Positions 12,601-24,982 of a stretch of 64,000 nt of DNA are shown here, in pieces. The position numbers and the translations under genes were made by a program. The stretch spans positions 1,426,001 through 1,490,000 of the forward strand of contig ML978121.1 of the NCBI GenBank assembly GCA_010015805.1, read 5' to 3'. Under the pieces are notes generated by a model. It was not told the DNA's origin. It worked only from the letters and a program-made list of their open reading frames with translations, and did not search any database. The stretch is from Rhizodiscina lignyota. Lineage: Eukaryota. Each line of letters opens with the position of its first letter. The first letter of the stretch is position 1.

Positions 12601-12976
12601 GCACGGACCCTAGTCACGTGAGGGGCTATCACGCTACGGGCGCTCTCTAGCGCTGTGCCTAAAGAGCCGACTTTTACGGTATAGTAGCCTCTAATTGGCT
12701 AGGCGATACTCAGCCACTAAGGAACTGAGATTAGAGGCGTGCGGTTTTCACTTTTCTATGTACCTACAAGGTGAAGACTCCGCTGTTAATTGAATCGAAA
12801 CTCCGCCGCCAAGGAGAGGATCTTCGCGCTCTTCCGCCAGCAGGTTGGGTGTAATTTCCGCTCGCAGGCGGAGCCACGTGTTGACATGCGCCAAGACCCC
12901 GCAACCAGCCACAAGAACACCTTCGATAGCGCACCTTCCTTCCTTCACCTTTCCACAACAACCTCAACACTCCACC

Positions 12977-14491
12977 ATGGATAATAGTCTAGATCCTAAG
13001 ACTTCGCAGGAGTGGTACGAGGAAGTTGAGGCAAGAGAGAAGGAGATCACCGCTCTTCAAGCGGATAGAACCCGCCTGCAAGCCGAGCTTGCAGACACGA
13101 AGAGGACCCTCGGCAACAAGTCTGCTGAGCACGAAAAAGCCAGTGAGACCCTCACCGAACTGGCAAAGAAGCACGAGGACTTGGACTTGGACTGCGGCAA
13201 ATTGAGAGAAGAATTGTCCCTACGAGATGCCAAGATCGCAGGCCTCAATGGGCAGCTCACAGTGCTTTCGGACGACCTCGACCTTAGAAACCGCGCTTTC
13301 TACTCTGCCAAAGCCGAGCGAGCCCAGTTTGAGGAGAAATATGAAACGCTCAAGATTGAGCTCGCCACCAAAGAAGCGTATACCGCAAACCTTTCGGCTG
13401 AGATCGAGCAGATGGAACAGGCTCGGAGGGACTTGGATAGCGTGCAGTCGACCGTTCAAGATCTCATGCTAGAGATTGCCAACCGTGACGAGGAGATGAG
13501 CGACCTCAGGGACCGCGTGCAGTACTGCACTCACAACCATGGCGGCGTCCCAAGCGATGCAGACATCCCAGAAGCAGTCGGCCCACAAGTCGACGAACCA
13601 AGCGCAGTGATCACCAGCAAGCAAGAAACCCTCGGCGCAGAGCTGGCCAACAGCGGGCTTGAAGGCGAATCCGATTCCGACGATGAATTGCAGGATGTGC
13701 CCTCCCCAACCATCTTCCACAACCTCTACAAGGATGCCGACACGCAAACCGAGCCTCCCCTTGTGGCTGCTGTCCCGCAGCTATTGAAAGACGCCGACAC
13801 ACAAACCGACCCTCCCGTCGTGGCCGCCGTCCCTCAGTTCACAAAATCTGGCATCACCGGCACAGGCATCCAGCCTGTGGAGCGTCCGCCGAGGCGCGCC
13901 CCTAGGTTTGCGAAAGGCAGCATCATTGGGTCAGGAACCGAGTCCGTGGATACACCAGCAAGCCTCTTCCCTCAGTTCGCGGAATCCCCCATCAAGGAGA
14001 CACACATTGCGAATCCGAAGCGCCGCGGTAGAGCCGGCCCTCAGTTCACGAAATCAGATATCACCAGCACAGACATCGCGCCTGTAAGGCGTCAGCCTAG
14101 AGTCCTCCCTTACTTCCCGAGAGCCGCCACCCCTGAGGAAGACATCGTGCCTGTGGAACCCGTACCGGCCCCATTGAGCGCCACCCCCGAGGCAATCCAT
14201 ATCTCGCGGCAGTACAATGTCAAGTTGACCGTGTGGGCAGTGGTCTTTGGAATATTCGGTTTGCTGTTCGGTCTGTGGTTGGCAGGGTGGGGAGCGTTGG
14301 CACGCTACCGCGGTTTGCAGGAGCGAAACATGTGGATGGCTGCGAATGAGCAGGCGGTGATCCGCTACTGGTCAATTCAGAGCCAGTCCATGATGGCTGC
14401 TGGAGCCAGGAGCGTAATCGACCTATGGGTCTCGAGCGGGCTGGGCATTGTGGGAGAAGACCTGGCGGAAATGAGCGGGCTGTTGTTTTAG
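12977..14491 (+). CDS. Orphan coiled-coil protein with internal repeats and a C-terminal transmembrane helix
   Basis: CACCATGG start context. About 190 aa of E/K/L heptads, an acidic linker, two KDADTQT(E/D)PP.VAAVPQ repeats, four P(Q/R)F(T/A)(K/E) repeats, then hydrophobic VWAVVFGIFGLLFGLWLAGWG followed by ERNMWMAAN. Intronless with a coding-like codon pattern. Confidence 0.75.
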   Translation: MDNSLDPKTSQEWYEEVEAREKEITALQADRTRLQAELADTKRTLGNKSAEHEKASETLTELAKKHEDLDLDCGKLREELSLRDAKIAGLNGQLTVLSDDLDLRNRAFYSAKAERAQFEEKYETLKIELATKEAYTANLSAEIEQMEQARRDLDSVQSTVQDLMLEIANRDEEMSDLRDRVQYCTHNHGGVPSDADIPEAVGPQVDEPSAVITSKQETLGAELANSGLEGESDSDDELQDVPSPTIFHNLYKDADTQTEPPLVAAVPQLLKDADTQTDPPVVAAVPQFTKSGITGTGIQPVERPPRRAPRFAKGSIIGSGTESVDTPASLFPQFAESPIKETHIANPKRRGRAGPQFTKSDITSTDIAPVRRQPRVLPYFPRAATPEEDIVPVEPVPAPLSATPEAIHISRQYNVKLTVWAVVFGIFGLLFGLWLAGWGALARYRGLQERNMWMAANEQAVIRYWSIQSQSMMAAGARSVIDLWVSSGLGIVGEDLAEMSGLLF

Positions 14492-14531
14492 CTTTTCTTC
14501 TTCTCTTTCTTCTTTCTTCTTTCTCTTTTTT
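14492..14531 (+). repeat. Polypyrimidine/TTC low-complexity tract
   Basis: cttttcttcttctcttttcttctttcttctttctctttttt immediately after the stop codon. Confidence 0.7.
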
Positions 14532-15199
14532 GTAGCTAGCGGAGCCTCTGATACCGCTTCTGAAGCGGCTAGAAAGTTCGGCCTACGCCGGTCGGTCGAT
14601 CGTCCCTTCCTTTTTGGAAGGCGAAGGTCCCGCTGGTGGCAGCCGGAGGAGTACGGCCGAGGCGGGAGCAGTGTCGGAGGCTCGGTTGGCAAGCATGCAC
14701 TGGCGTTGGCGTTTTTCGGTTGTATCTACATTTGCATAAGATACCCAGCATGGCGGCGATGGCTTGGCGCCGCTCAGGCTTTTATGAATGGAATTCAGCG
14801 CTGGGCGCTTGTCAACTGAACTTGTTTGCTCCACTGTAACCGCTGTGCTGAATGTCCCGACTCGAACTACGGCGATACTTGATTGCTCGACAGAGGAAGA
14901 GAGACAGACTCAAACCCCAAGCGGATTGGATGTTCGACAAATGTGCGAATTCTCCAAGTCCTTCCTACTCAGGTCATGCTGGCCTATCGACCGAGGAACC
15001 TCTATTTGAGTACATTATGGATTTCACTCATACGGCTTGCGCGGACTAACGAACATCTACGCTATTCTAACGTGCGTGAGCTTGGAGGGAAGAGATCTAC
15101 AGCATGTAGAGCATTTGGCTCTTGCAGGAGAAGTATGGCATTCAAGCAATCCGCATGCCAAGTGGGCCAGAAATGGTCACCGAGGGTCCTGAGATGGAT

Positions 15200-16117
15200 G
15201 GGAGCAAGAGCAAGAGCAAGGGACTCAGGCTGACGACTCTGGCTCAGACTACACCTTTGTTGATGAAGAAGACGAGGCTTGGGAAGACGACTTGTTCAGG
15301 ACGTCGAAGAAGAACTTAACGAACCAGGCTACTCGCCAAACAAGCGGGACTCACCTCACCCTGTCCTCGAAAACCTCACCACACTAGACGTAGGCACCGA
15401 CAGCAAAGGCAAGAGCCCACTCTGTGAAACGCTGATAGCTACGACAACATTTCCACAACATCCTGGGAGCTATAAAGCAGCAGCCTCACGCGCCTTTCGC
15501 AGTCTCTTTAAGGGCGTCAATCTCGAATGGCTTGCAAGCGAGCTTGTTGATGCTATCACCGAGGATGCCGCATCTATTCTGGGCCAGGACAGTACTCAAG
15601 ACTCATCAACCGGGCAAGTGCATCGCGCATCGGCCGAACGAGTAGCCAATGTGAAGAGAGGGGCACGCTCACACTCACGCTCACGCTCACCTTTCCGTGC
15701 ACCGTCTTCAAAGCGTCACCGTTCGCAGTTGTTTGAGGCAGTCCAGGCGTGGTTCAATCATGGCACACTTCAAGAGGCGTTCACTGATGAGGCAATTCGG
15801 AAATTGCGTTCGCGATACGCGGCACGATCCCAAGCTCGGAGAACGGTATTCCTCTCCGCGAGCTCACCTGCGTGAACAAATCTGTAGATTTGCGGAAGTC
15901 AGAGCAAGCAGTACGAATGAACTTCGTATATGATCAAGGAGATCCTCAGTCGATAGCCCGGGTGGATTTGTGTAGAGGACAGAGGGTAAGTATGGGCTGC
16001 AACAAGCTCGTACGCCTTGCCTGGAGCAGGAGACCGAGGCACTATGGCTGCTTGTTGACGCGTAGAGCAGGAGCAGAAGACATGCACGTGGAAATGGACG
16101 CCAAGGTGGAAGAGTAG
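15200..16117 (+). pseudogene. Degenerate copy of an unknown protein family that is also present in pieces at 25.36-26.19 kb
   Basis: FRSLFKGVNLEWLASELVDAITEDAASILGQ matches 25615-25712(-). ERVANVKRGARSHSRSRSP...RSQLFEAVQ...HGTLQEAFT matches 26020-26190(+). Frameshifts lie at both ends and the boundaries are uncertain. Confidence 0.6.
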
Positions 16118-17156
16118 TACACTTTTCCCTAATCTCACCACCTAATTAACTGGGTAGATCTCCCTAGGTCAGCGCAAGCCGGGTGAGTCGATCCCGTGTA
16201 CATTCAACAGATCATCCAGCAATGCCCGCACTTGATCTGCGACGAAGACTCAATCCATCATGGCTGTAACGAAAGGAGTGAAATGTCATTTCGAGCTGAG
16301 TCCCCCTTGGCCATGCATTGAAAAGCAATCTGTCCCTCCATGTCGTGATTTTAGATCGTCAATTAGATACATAAGCTTTGGCAGAACGAGAACGAGGAAA
16401 GAGAAAATGACACGCCTGGGGTTCACGGAAAACCGGTGGAGTGGCGTTTCCCTTGCTGGATGGTGTGGTCCCTGTCCACAACGGAAGAACCAGGTTCGGT
16501 GGATGAATGGATTGCAGAGCAGTGACACACTGCTAACAGCAGCCATGCCATTGAGTGATATCGAAAGAAACTGCAAATGGAAGGCCCTTCCCGTGAGGTA
16601 ATGGACCAGACCACTGTTCCGTGGAAAAACTGCCGCGCAAGCCTCTGTATATTGCTGCCCATGAAACAAGACCTTCCGCTATGGGAGAAATTGCTGGAAA
16701 CTGGAAGGAAGCTTGACGCAAGCGCTCTAACAGAAAATCCGGATGCCGCGTCCCATTTCGTAAGGAAGCCGCGTTGGTACTCCAAGTCGGGCAGCGTTGC
16801 TCCCGTCAATCCTCATTCGCCTCGGAAATGATCTCCTCAAACCCCGAAAAACGCCGCTGAGAAAAAGACAGAAACGAAAAAGCAAACTCCCGGGGTATTG
16901 CGCACGTGGCGTAAACCGTCCGAAAAGCAGAGACATGACAAGAAAAAGAACCCCTGGCGATGCGCGTTCAATCCGGCTTCCAATGGACTTCAGGTGTGTG
17001 ACTTGTGAGAGAAGAGAAGTCAATGACATCCAAGTGGCTTTGAGAGGAAGTCCATGGCAGGAGTATAAACGGCAGGTATGAAAAGGATCCACATCCAGGC
17101 TCCAGGCGCGGGTTGCGCATGCGAAATGAATAGAAACATTGCTCTCCACCTCTGTA

Positions 17157-18525
17157 TTATCGTCTTCGATGATGGCCGCTGCTTTCGTGGCGGCGGCTCC
17201 CTTTACTCGAGCTCTGTTCGGGCGCTTGAACTAGGAGAAGGCAGTTGTGTCAGTCGTTCCACTTTCCTCAACACACAACCACCGCAAGCACGGGATGGAG
17301 AAAGAGGTAAACAGAACAATGGTAGCAATCTCACCTCGACCGTACTGCTGCTCATAGTACGCCGCGGTCGTCGTACTGCATGGAGGGTGGCTTAGCATCG
17401 TCCAACCAAATATCCAAATGATTACGCGAGGGCGTGTTGAGATACCTTGATCCTGCCGGCTGGGCCTGGCCACTTTGATACACGTTTTCCCTGCTTGTAG
17501 TTGCTGTTCCTGCTGGATATCCATAACCAGGCTGGGCTTGGCCTTGAGTGGTCCTATATGCAGCATATGGATCTGCAGCAGTCCTTGTCCCTGGTGGTGC
17601 ATATCCCTCATAAGCCACGGTGCGTGGCTGGCTTGATTGATCATACGACTGCGGAGTGGTAGAAGTCACATATCCACTTCCTTGAGCGGGTGCAGGATAT
17701 CCGGGAGAAGCAGAGCTGTAGCTGCTCGCTTGGGTGGAAGCACTGTAATTAGAGGCACTACTGTATGCAGACGGGGTTGGAGCATGAATGTTTGAATAAG
17801 CACTTGCTGGAGACTGGTACGAGGCCTCCTGATATCCGGCGGGTTGAGACTGATATGTGGCTCCAGTGGACTGTGGATATCCGGCAGATACAGCGTATGC
17901 TGCGTGGGCTTGGGAGGGATAACCCGCGGTCTCTCTTACCGGTGCTGCCCCGTAGGGATCTCTTTGAGGGGCAGGTGCACCATAATGGGACTCCACTGGG
18001 GCGGGAGTAACGCTAGGCCCATAGTATTGCCTGGACTGATGGGTCTGCGAATCCAAATACGCTGGTGCTGCTGCGGCCAAGTCAGGATATCTGGCTCCTT
18101 TTAAGTCTCGCGTGATGTGCGGACTACCTCCTCTGGTTGAATGACCCTGCTGCTCAGCGCGCCATCGCAGTGAGTCCTGCTTCAAATCCGTCACCATTTC
18201 CTGTTGTCCGCAAAATCGACCGTTAGCACTCGACGCAACGAGGAGGGAGGCAGCTCGCGGGAGGGAGTATGTACCGAAGTCAGATTGCGATACGCCGTAA
18301 TCCAGTAGCCCTCGGCGCCCTGGAGTTGATTAGCCACCCGTCTACGAACGGCGGACGCTTTGTTGGGGCGCCTACATTCTGTGTGCCTGGTCGAACGAGA
18401 GCATCGCGGCCGAGATAGCGCTGTATGTCTGCAGTGATGACCTCTCTCGCAATACCGTCACCAGGCTGAAACCATTTGTTCATTCGCTCGCGCGTATGCA
18501 TGCTGCTGGAAGGCATCTTTGACAT
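17157..18525 (-). CDS. rfeG: RfeG-like putative transcriptional regulator (multi-exon) with a Tyr/Gln/Ser/Ala-rich low-complexity region
   Basis: WFQPGDGIAREVITADIQRYLGRDALVRPG...MVTDLKQDSLRWRAEQ matches the RfeG family as recalled. Spliced 3' exons give ...STTTAAYYEQQYGR/VQAPEQSSSKGSRRHESSGHHRRR*. Confidence 0.8.
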
Positions 18526-21502
18526 GAGAAATGAAAGGAAAAGGCGCGCGTCAGTGGATGACCGCGGTGGAATAGAAATCCTGCAGCGGCTGGTAACAGA
18601 ACAGAACAGGTATGTGAAGATTTCTTCAGCGATCGTCGTCAGTCAGCCAAGTGTGACCTGGCCGCTGGGAGCCTGGAGCGGTTTGCGTGCAAGGCCGGTG
18701 GCTTGTAGAAGCGAAGGAGAAGGGTGTAGCGAATCGAGCCGGTCACAGGCGTGTGCGGGGGGTATATGCAGTTAAGCCACGGCCTGCCTTCCCAATCAAC
18801 AGCGCGACCCGGCCCGCTTTTCCTGGTGGCGGCGCTGGCGCGGCTCAGGAGGTTTGCGTGCGTAGAGAGCGATTCCGCGTCGCGCACAGGGCGTGAGTGT
18901 CGATCCGGGGAGGGGCAGATGGGAAACAGGTGGTGGTGATGGGCGAGGATGGGATTTCTAGCTTTTCACCTGCGAAAAGGGCCGACGAGAGAGCGCGCAG
19001 AGTGCGGCTCAAAGATACTTTGACCTAAGTAGGAGGAAGTCAGCGGGCTCAGCGGCCGCGCGCCATTGGCCGTCCGCTCTTCAGTCAGCTGCACGCCAGT
19101 CTGGCAGGGCTGCGACGCGCCATCGGGCAGCGACTGGCCTGGCCTCGCCGCTGCTGCTCTTGCCTCTTTCGCCCGTCGCACTGCGCGTCAACAGCGCGAA
19201 TATAAAGCCAGCGCAATTCGCACGAGCCAGCGCGACGAGAGCAGGCGGGCGAGCAGATGCGTGAGACGCTGGATGCGCAGTGGGATTGGCAGGCACGCGA
19301 CGCCCGCAAAACATTTCCATAGGGGACCGAGCGTCTTGGGCATCACCACCACGGCACCAACGACTTCGGCCCAAGCTTCACCCTAAACTCTCGACATCTC
19401 CGATTCCAGCTCTCCTTACTCCTGCCCGCGCCGTCGATGACTACTAAAGTGGAGCATTGCAACTCGAAATCACGCTTAAGCGCCGCCGGCGCTGCCCTTC
19501 CACCCAAGCTCGTTCCATATCCCGTTTGGTCGCCAGCCGCGCTCACGCAGTGCCACACTCAATCAGCTTTGCCATCCCGCCCGCCGCAGAAAGCCATTTA
19601 TCACGTCCAGCGTCATTGCGACAATCCTTTCCTCCTTGTCCCTCTTTGCCAGTCAGCTCCGCTACCTCTCCCAACGGCAACAACAGACTTGACTCGAGTC
19701 CATTTGCCGCCGTCAGGGTGAATCCCTGAGACTGCTGCAGTGTCTGCCCAATGGAGCCGACATGTGACTTCAGTCTCCAGCGTATTTGCGAGTCGCGGAT
19801 GAATTGGAAGCAAAGCCGTACCGTCCCGTTCAGGCAAAAACGGATGCCCCATAGAATGGAGCTGTTCACGTCCCATTCTGAAACATTCTGGACTTTGTCC
19901 GCTTGCCTTCCGCTCTATCAGACCATTTATTTTCCACCGGTATCAGCTTATCGCGGCCCGGCCGAGACTGCCTTGCACTCTCAACTCAACTTCAGTCCTT
20001 GTCCCTGTCCTATCATCTAAGTACTTTTTCCGGCATCACCAGAAGTATCCATTGTCCGGTGAACTCGCACTAAATATACTGTATCTCGCCGCTAACATCA
20101 TCTTATGTCCCTTGTCATTCTATGAAGAGTGTCGATTCCTCGCCCGAAAAGGATATTCGTCACGCATCGCGCTTGCGTCAACTTGTATCATATCCGTCAC
20201 CTCAGACATCTGCTGTCCGTCACCTGGTAAATGACAATCGTTACATCGCATCCTACAATATCCCTCAGAGCTCCTGCATATCTCACAACTCCAGCATTAT
20301 CGTCAAGAACATTCTTGCGGCCCGTTTAAGCAAGACTTACATTGCATGCTCTCAGTGAGTGGCCGACCATGTCTACGGAACCTTCTTGTACAAATGGCGT
20401 ATCTGAGCGGCGCGATCTGTCAATGCATAGCAATACCTCATCTTGATTCTTTGTCTTGCTCGCCAGACCACAACGAATGAGCAGTTGCCACACTTGTGCT
20501 CACTGCACGCATGGTTGCACGATCTTCGATCTTCCAAAGCGCCCGCGAAGTGTCTTGAACGCTGCGAATGGCCTCTCCCCGTCGTGATAGCCTTCTTTAT
20601 GCTTATGGCTTACGAAGCATGGCGTCTTCTCCGCGAAGTGCCTTCATTGAATAGCTATTTCGACAGATCTCTTCACTCGCATGGCTTTCCTCGCATGGCT
20701 TCCCTCACATGGCTTCATTAAGCGGGACTGCCGTTGTTGTGCTATGTTTTGTCGTTGAAGATGTACTTGGAGACAGTCTCTTCCGCCGGACGCTAGTTTT
20801 GATATTGTAACCACGGCGTTGGGCCATAACTGTCGTGAAGGCAACATCAACTTACGTTTGAGGTCGTGCAGCATGCGTCTCTCTGGTTTTCTAGCCGGAG
20901 CATATCCGCTTGCAGGATACGTAGAAGGAGATCGAATAGCATTGTCCCTTCGTTTGTAGAATGGTGTTATATTTGTACAACGTAACTTCGAACACAATAC
21001 GCAACTGGTGGAAGAACGTGGAGCGAGTGGGATGGGTGAGGTCTCGATCGTGGCGCTACACTAGTGGCTGGACTCCGCGTGCCATGGAACGCATCGATAA
21101 TGCATCGATCCTCCACAGTTCCACTGCATACCGGCGAAAGCAGATGCCCGACTTTGCATATCGATACTGCGGCTTCGCATGTATTGCATAAGTCAATCAC
21201 ACATTGTCTTAAATGGTTATCGTTTCCGAAAATTCTCGAGCAGGAGCGCAGACGTTCACATAGAAGGATTTTGGTCAAGACACTAGTGTGCTTGTATTGT
21301 TTTTTGTTTTTTTTGGTAAGAAGGAATGTACAGCGCTGCAATTCAAATGATAAATCAAAAAGGTGGTATATTCCCAAACACCAGTCGCTAATGCATCAAG
21401 AAGAATGACCAGGCCTAATAAATACAATAAAATCCAAATGGCTCGCTATGCAATGAAAACCAAATCCTCTTCAGCTCATGTATTGCCCTTCATCCCAGCG
21501 AT

Positions 21503-22219
21503 TTACGCAACCGTGCAAGTGATGGCCTTGATGTCCACAGGCTTCTTGAAGGTCGCGTCCTTGCCGACGGAGAAGGCACCGAGCTTCGCGTTCTTGTTGC
21601 CGAGCGCCTCGCAGTTGACGGCCTCGTGCGTGTGGACGATGGAGACGGAGAGGGCGTCCTGGCCCTCGAGGGGCGCAGTGAGCGCGTGGGGCTTGCCGTC
21701 GGCGACGATGTCGCCCTGGGTCGCGAGCTCATCGAGACCGTCGATCTGGATGGTCACGGGGAAGACGTCGGAGCCGCTGCCGCTGCCGGAGCCCAGCTTG
21801 CCGCAGGTGGATGCGAAGAGGGCGGTCGTGTCGCAGCAGACGGAGCCGATGGCGACGGCGGCGGATGCGTTGGAGTCGACCTCGCCGTCAGAGGCGTCGG
21901 TGAAGCTGGCGGTGGTCGTGGAGTCGAAGGTGCTGCCGAGCTTGGTGGCTCCCTTGGCGTCAGAGAAGGCCTGGCAGGTGAATCCACTGTCGACTACGAG
22001 GGCGTTGACGGCGCTGCCGAGGCCGATTCCGTTCGTTTGCGTGGTTTGAAGCTTTCCATTGGATACGATGGTCTGCTGAATGGACTCGTCACCATCTCCC
22101 GTCTTCTCCTGAATGTTGATCGTCGTGGAGGCGGCTCTGGGAACGGCAGCTGGGGCAGCGAATGTGAAGGTGGAAGCGAGGAGGATGGTGGTGATAGCGG
22201 TGGCGATGGAGTACTGCAT
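21503..22219 (-). CDS. Secreted small Cys-containing protein with two internal repeat domains
   Basis: Signal peptide MQYSIATAITTILLASTFTFA. Two similar halves (TINIQ..DE..Q..I..NG...CQA....KLG.F...IGSVCC and TIQI..DE..Q..I..DG...CEA....KLG.F...IKAITC) are joined by a GS linker. Strong C/G third-position bias and a TATAAG box upstream at about 22450. Confidence 0.8.
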   Translation of the reverse strand: MQYSIATAITTILLASTFTFAAPAAVPRAASTTINIQEKTGDGDESIQQTIVSNGKLQTTQTNGIGLGSAVNALVVDSGFTCQAFSDAKGATKLGSTFDSTTTASFTDASDGEVDSNASAAVAIGSVCCDTTALFASTCGKLGSGSGSGSDVFPVTIQIDGLDELATQGDIVADGKPHALTAPLEGQDALSVSIVHTHEAVNCEALGNKNAKLGAFSVGKDATFKKPVDIKAITCTVA

Positions 22220-24001
22220 TTTGATTGTTTCTTTTGTTGTTTATTGACTGAAAGAAGGTAGGTTGGTCGATTTTTCTTAATGAGTCGAATTGTCTAACGA
22301 TGGTAGAATGAAAGTTGGTTCGGAAAGAATGTAAGTAGGAAATAGATAGGAAAAATAAGAAAATGGAAAGAGATAAGAAAACTGGTTGGTTGCTTTGGTT
22401 TGATTGTTTTGATGAGGAGGAAGAGTATGGTCAGCGAGAGGAGGGTATACTTATACATCTCCAGGACTCGCTCGTGGCGTTGCCACAGCCTCCGCCGGGC
22501 GGTCGTGGAAAGCACAGATGATGTGAAATGCATAATTAAGGTTACTCTACAAAGTAAGGTTAATTCTTAATTCATCCAACCGGGCCCGCTAAATTCTAGA
22601 TCTCACCTAAGAATAGCATACGCCGACCTTTCTGCGCCAATCGTATCGCTAGATTGCCGCTATCGTAGCCAGTGAGATTTTAGTTTCCGCGCGCTGGCGA
22701 GTTAGTCTCGCGCGAGTTGACTCGCATCCTCGGCCGCCTTCGATGTCCACGTTATCAGGTACCTGCGCAAGAATAATCACGGATGGCGCAGCGCTCACGA
22801 CGTCGACATTTGTGTAATCGGAATGCTGCAGTCCCGTGAGCACCATCCCCGCGGGCCGTCTCCAACCCATAGTCGAACATAGATAGATACTCTGTAAGAG
22901 GAGGCTGGTGAGACGACCGGCCGTGCTCGTGCGGCCGCCTGTGGCGGTTCTACACCGAGAGTCATGCGCTTAGCTAACCACCGAGGCCGAAACTCCAAAT
23001 GAGTCCTCGCATTTCAGCTCTCTCGATCGCTTAGGACCGCCGACGGGACTCACGGGGATTCCGTCAGGATTTGGACAAGAGAAGGCGAACCAATCCTTCA
23101 GAATCACGTACCTTTTTCCTATCTCGTTCCTTTAATTTCAAAAGGTTCAACGGCCTGTTTCCTGCCAAGTACGGAATACCTCGGAAATGCCCAATAGAGC
23201 AAGCACCTTGTCTACTGCTTACAGATAGACCGAACGCCTCGCAGAAAGAGATGTATGGCCATAGAGCCAAGACAAGCATTTTGCCAGAGCGTTGTGCAAC
23301 CTCGTAAGAAGTAGTGTCGTACCTAAGGACGATTTGAACAGAAGGATCGCCTCCCCTTCTTCTGCCGGGTAGAAGATGATTTCGAGCCCCTTAGTCATCG
23401 AAGCTGGTCTACATACTAGTTTCTGTGCGATACTAGCAGGTCTGTCGTATTTGCTCCCCCTTAACCAGTTAACTCCTCGAGGGCCATCGTCGATCGATAT
23501 GCTCACATCTGCATACCCGTATGAATCGAGTCATTTCGGTCAATTCAAGTATGCCTAGCAACTTGTCCATGTTTAGTATTCACCATTCTTTACGTAATGT
23601 CACTTCTCTTCTAACTCTTCCCTCGTCCTATCTTCGACCACTTCACCTCACTGGATATGGGCACTGAGAGCAAACGCAAGAGACCACGCTGCGAAGGCCG
23701 CAAACTCCGAAGACATTTTGACAATATCCTCTAAGCCATACAGCAGCTAATGCCGAGCAAAACTTACATAGCTTCGCTCGCGTTCCGTCAGTTCTTCAGG
23801 GACGTGAACCTTGGATTGGAAGAAATACTCGAACTTATGTGTCACAGCCCAGCTATCTTGTGACCCTCGACAGTGGAATGCTAGAGCGGTGTCTACATGT
23901 AATTTGCGGACTTGGATTAGACGATGCTCAACATATTCTACCATTCTATTCACGTGACATACTTCAGTGTTTTAACTCGTCATACGAAAGAAAGACGCAT
24001 C

Positions 24002-24530
24002 TCATTTGAATACTGGAGCCTGCTGTACCGGAACTCCACGCTCAAGCTGCACAGCTCCTTCAATAGGCTTCAACCATGTAGCTCTCTGCGTCGTGAAAGT
24101 CTCGCCCTTCGGGTCGAATTTTGAAAGGCCGGCATCGTCCAATACTCCAGTTTTGATAATCGCTCTGTCAGGCCTGCGCTCGGAGTAGGTCCAGAGCGGA
24201 GAGCTGCACGTCCCGCAGAAATTCAACTGTACTGGCTTCCCACTGCCTGTGTTGGTGACGGTGTACACTTTTGGCTCTCCGGAGACGATCTTGAGACCTG
24301 CAAGAGGGAACATTGCGTTCGTGCTGCAAGCAGCACCAGAGACCTTTTGGCAATTGTTGCAATGACACGCGCCCTGCCTTATAGTCAGTAGGTACTGGAC
24401 GATTGAGACATAGTTGGTTGCCAATTCACGACTCATACGAGAGACATACTTGGACTGAAGGCTCGCCCTCGAGGCTCAATTTTATGGCCCCACAGAGGCA
24501 CGAAGCGCTGTAAACGGCGGGAGAAGACAT
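24002..24530 (-). CDS. GFA/CENP-V (Mss4-like) zinc-binding protein, one intron
   Basis: MSSPAVYSASCLCGAIKL...EP/GACHCNNCQKVSG...SGKPVQLNFCGTCSSPLW...IKTGVLD...ETFT..RATWL. The CxC, CHCxxC and FCxxC motifs are present. Confidence 0.88.
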
Positions 24531-24982
24531 TTTTGCATGCAGTTGAAGTAGATGAAAGCTCGAGAATGAGATTCCAGCCGTGGGAGGAGAAAGGAATTTG
24601 AAGACACGAAGTCAGCATTCAGCTGCGACGCCACAAATCCGATCGTCAACTTTACTTATCTTCACGGAATAACCTACAAGGATTAACCGAGCGACAGCGA
24701 CAAATTATATGCTTTGAAGCTGGCTATCCTCATAATAGCTTCTCATAGCTGTATCAGCGAGCCAAAGAGCACCATGTTCGCTGACAATGTCTAATTGGTG
24801 TTCGGTTCTATTCTCAGCTCTGCCAATCCTCGGGATGTTTCTCATCTCTTCACTTCGCATCCTCATCAGCCTCGGCCCCTTACTCCCACCCCCAGAAGTG
24901 GTTTTGAGAAGTCGCTGAAATATTTTGAATTGTACTTGACAATTTTATCCAGTAAAACACATTTTGATTTTCTCAATTATAC

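Noticed and set aside
21363..22261. Long plus-strand ORFs (228 and 211 aa)
   Set aside because: They are antisense shadows of the strongly codon-biased secreted protein gene.
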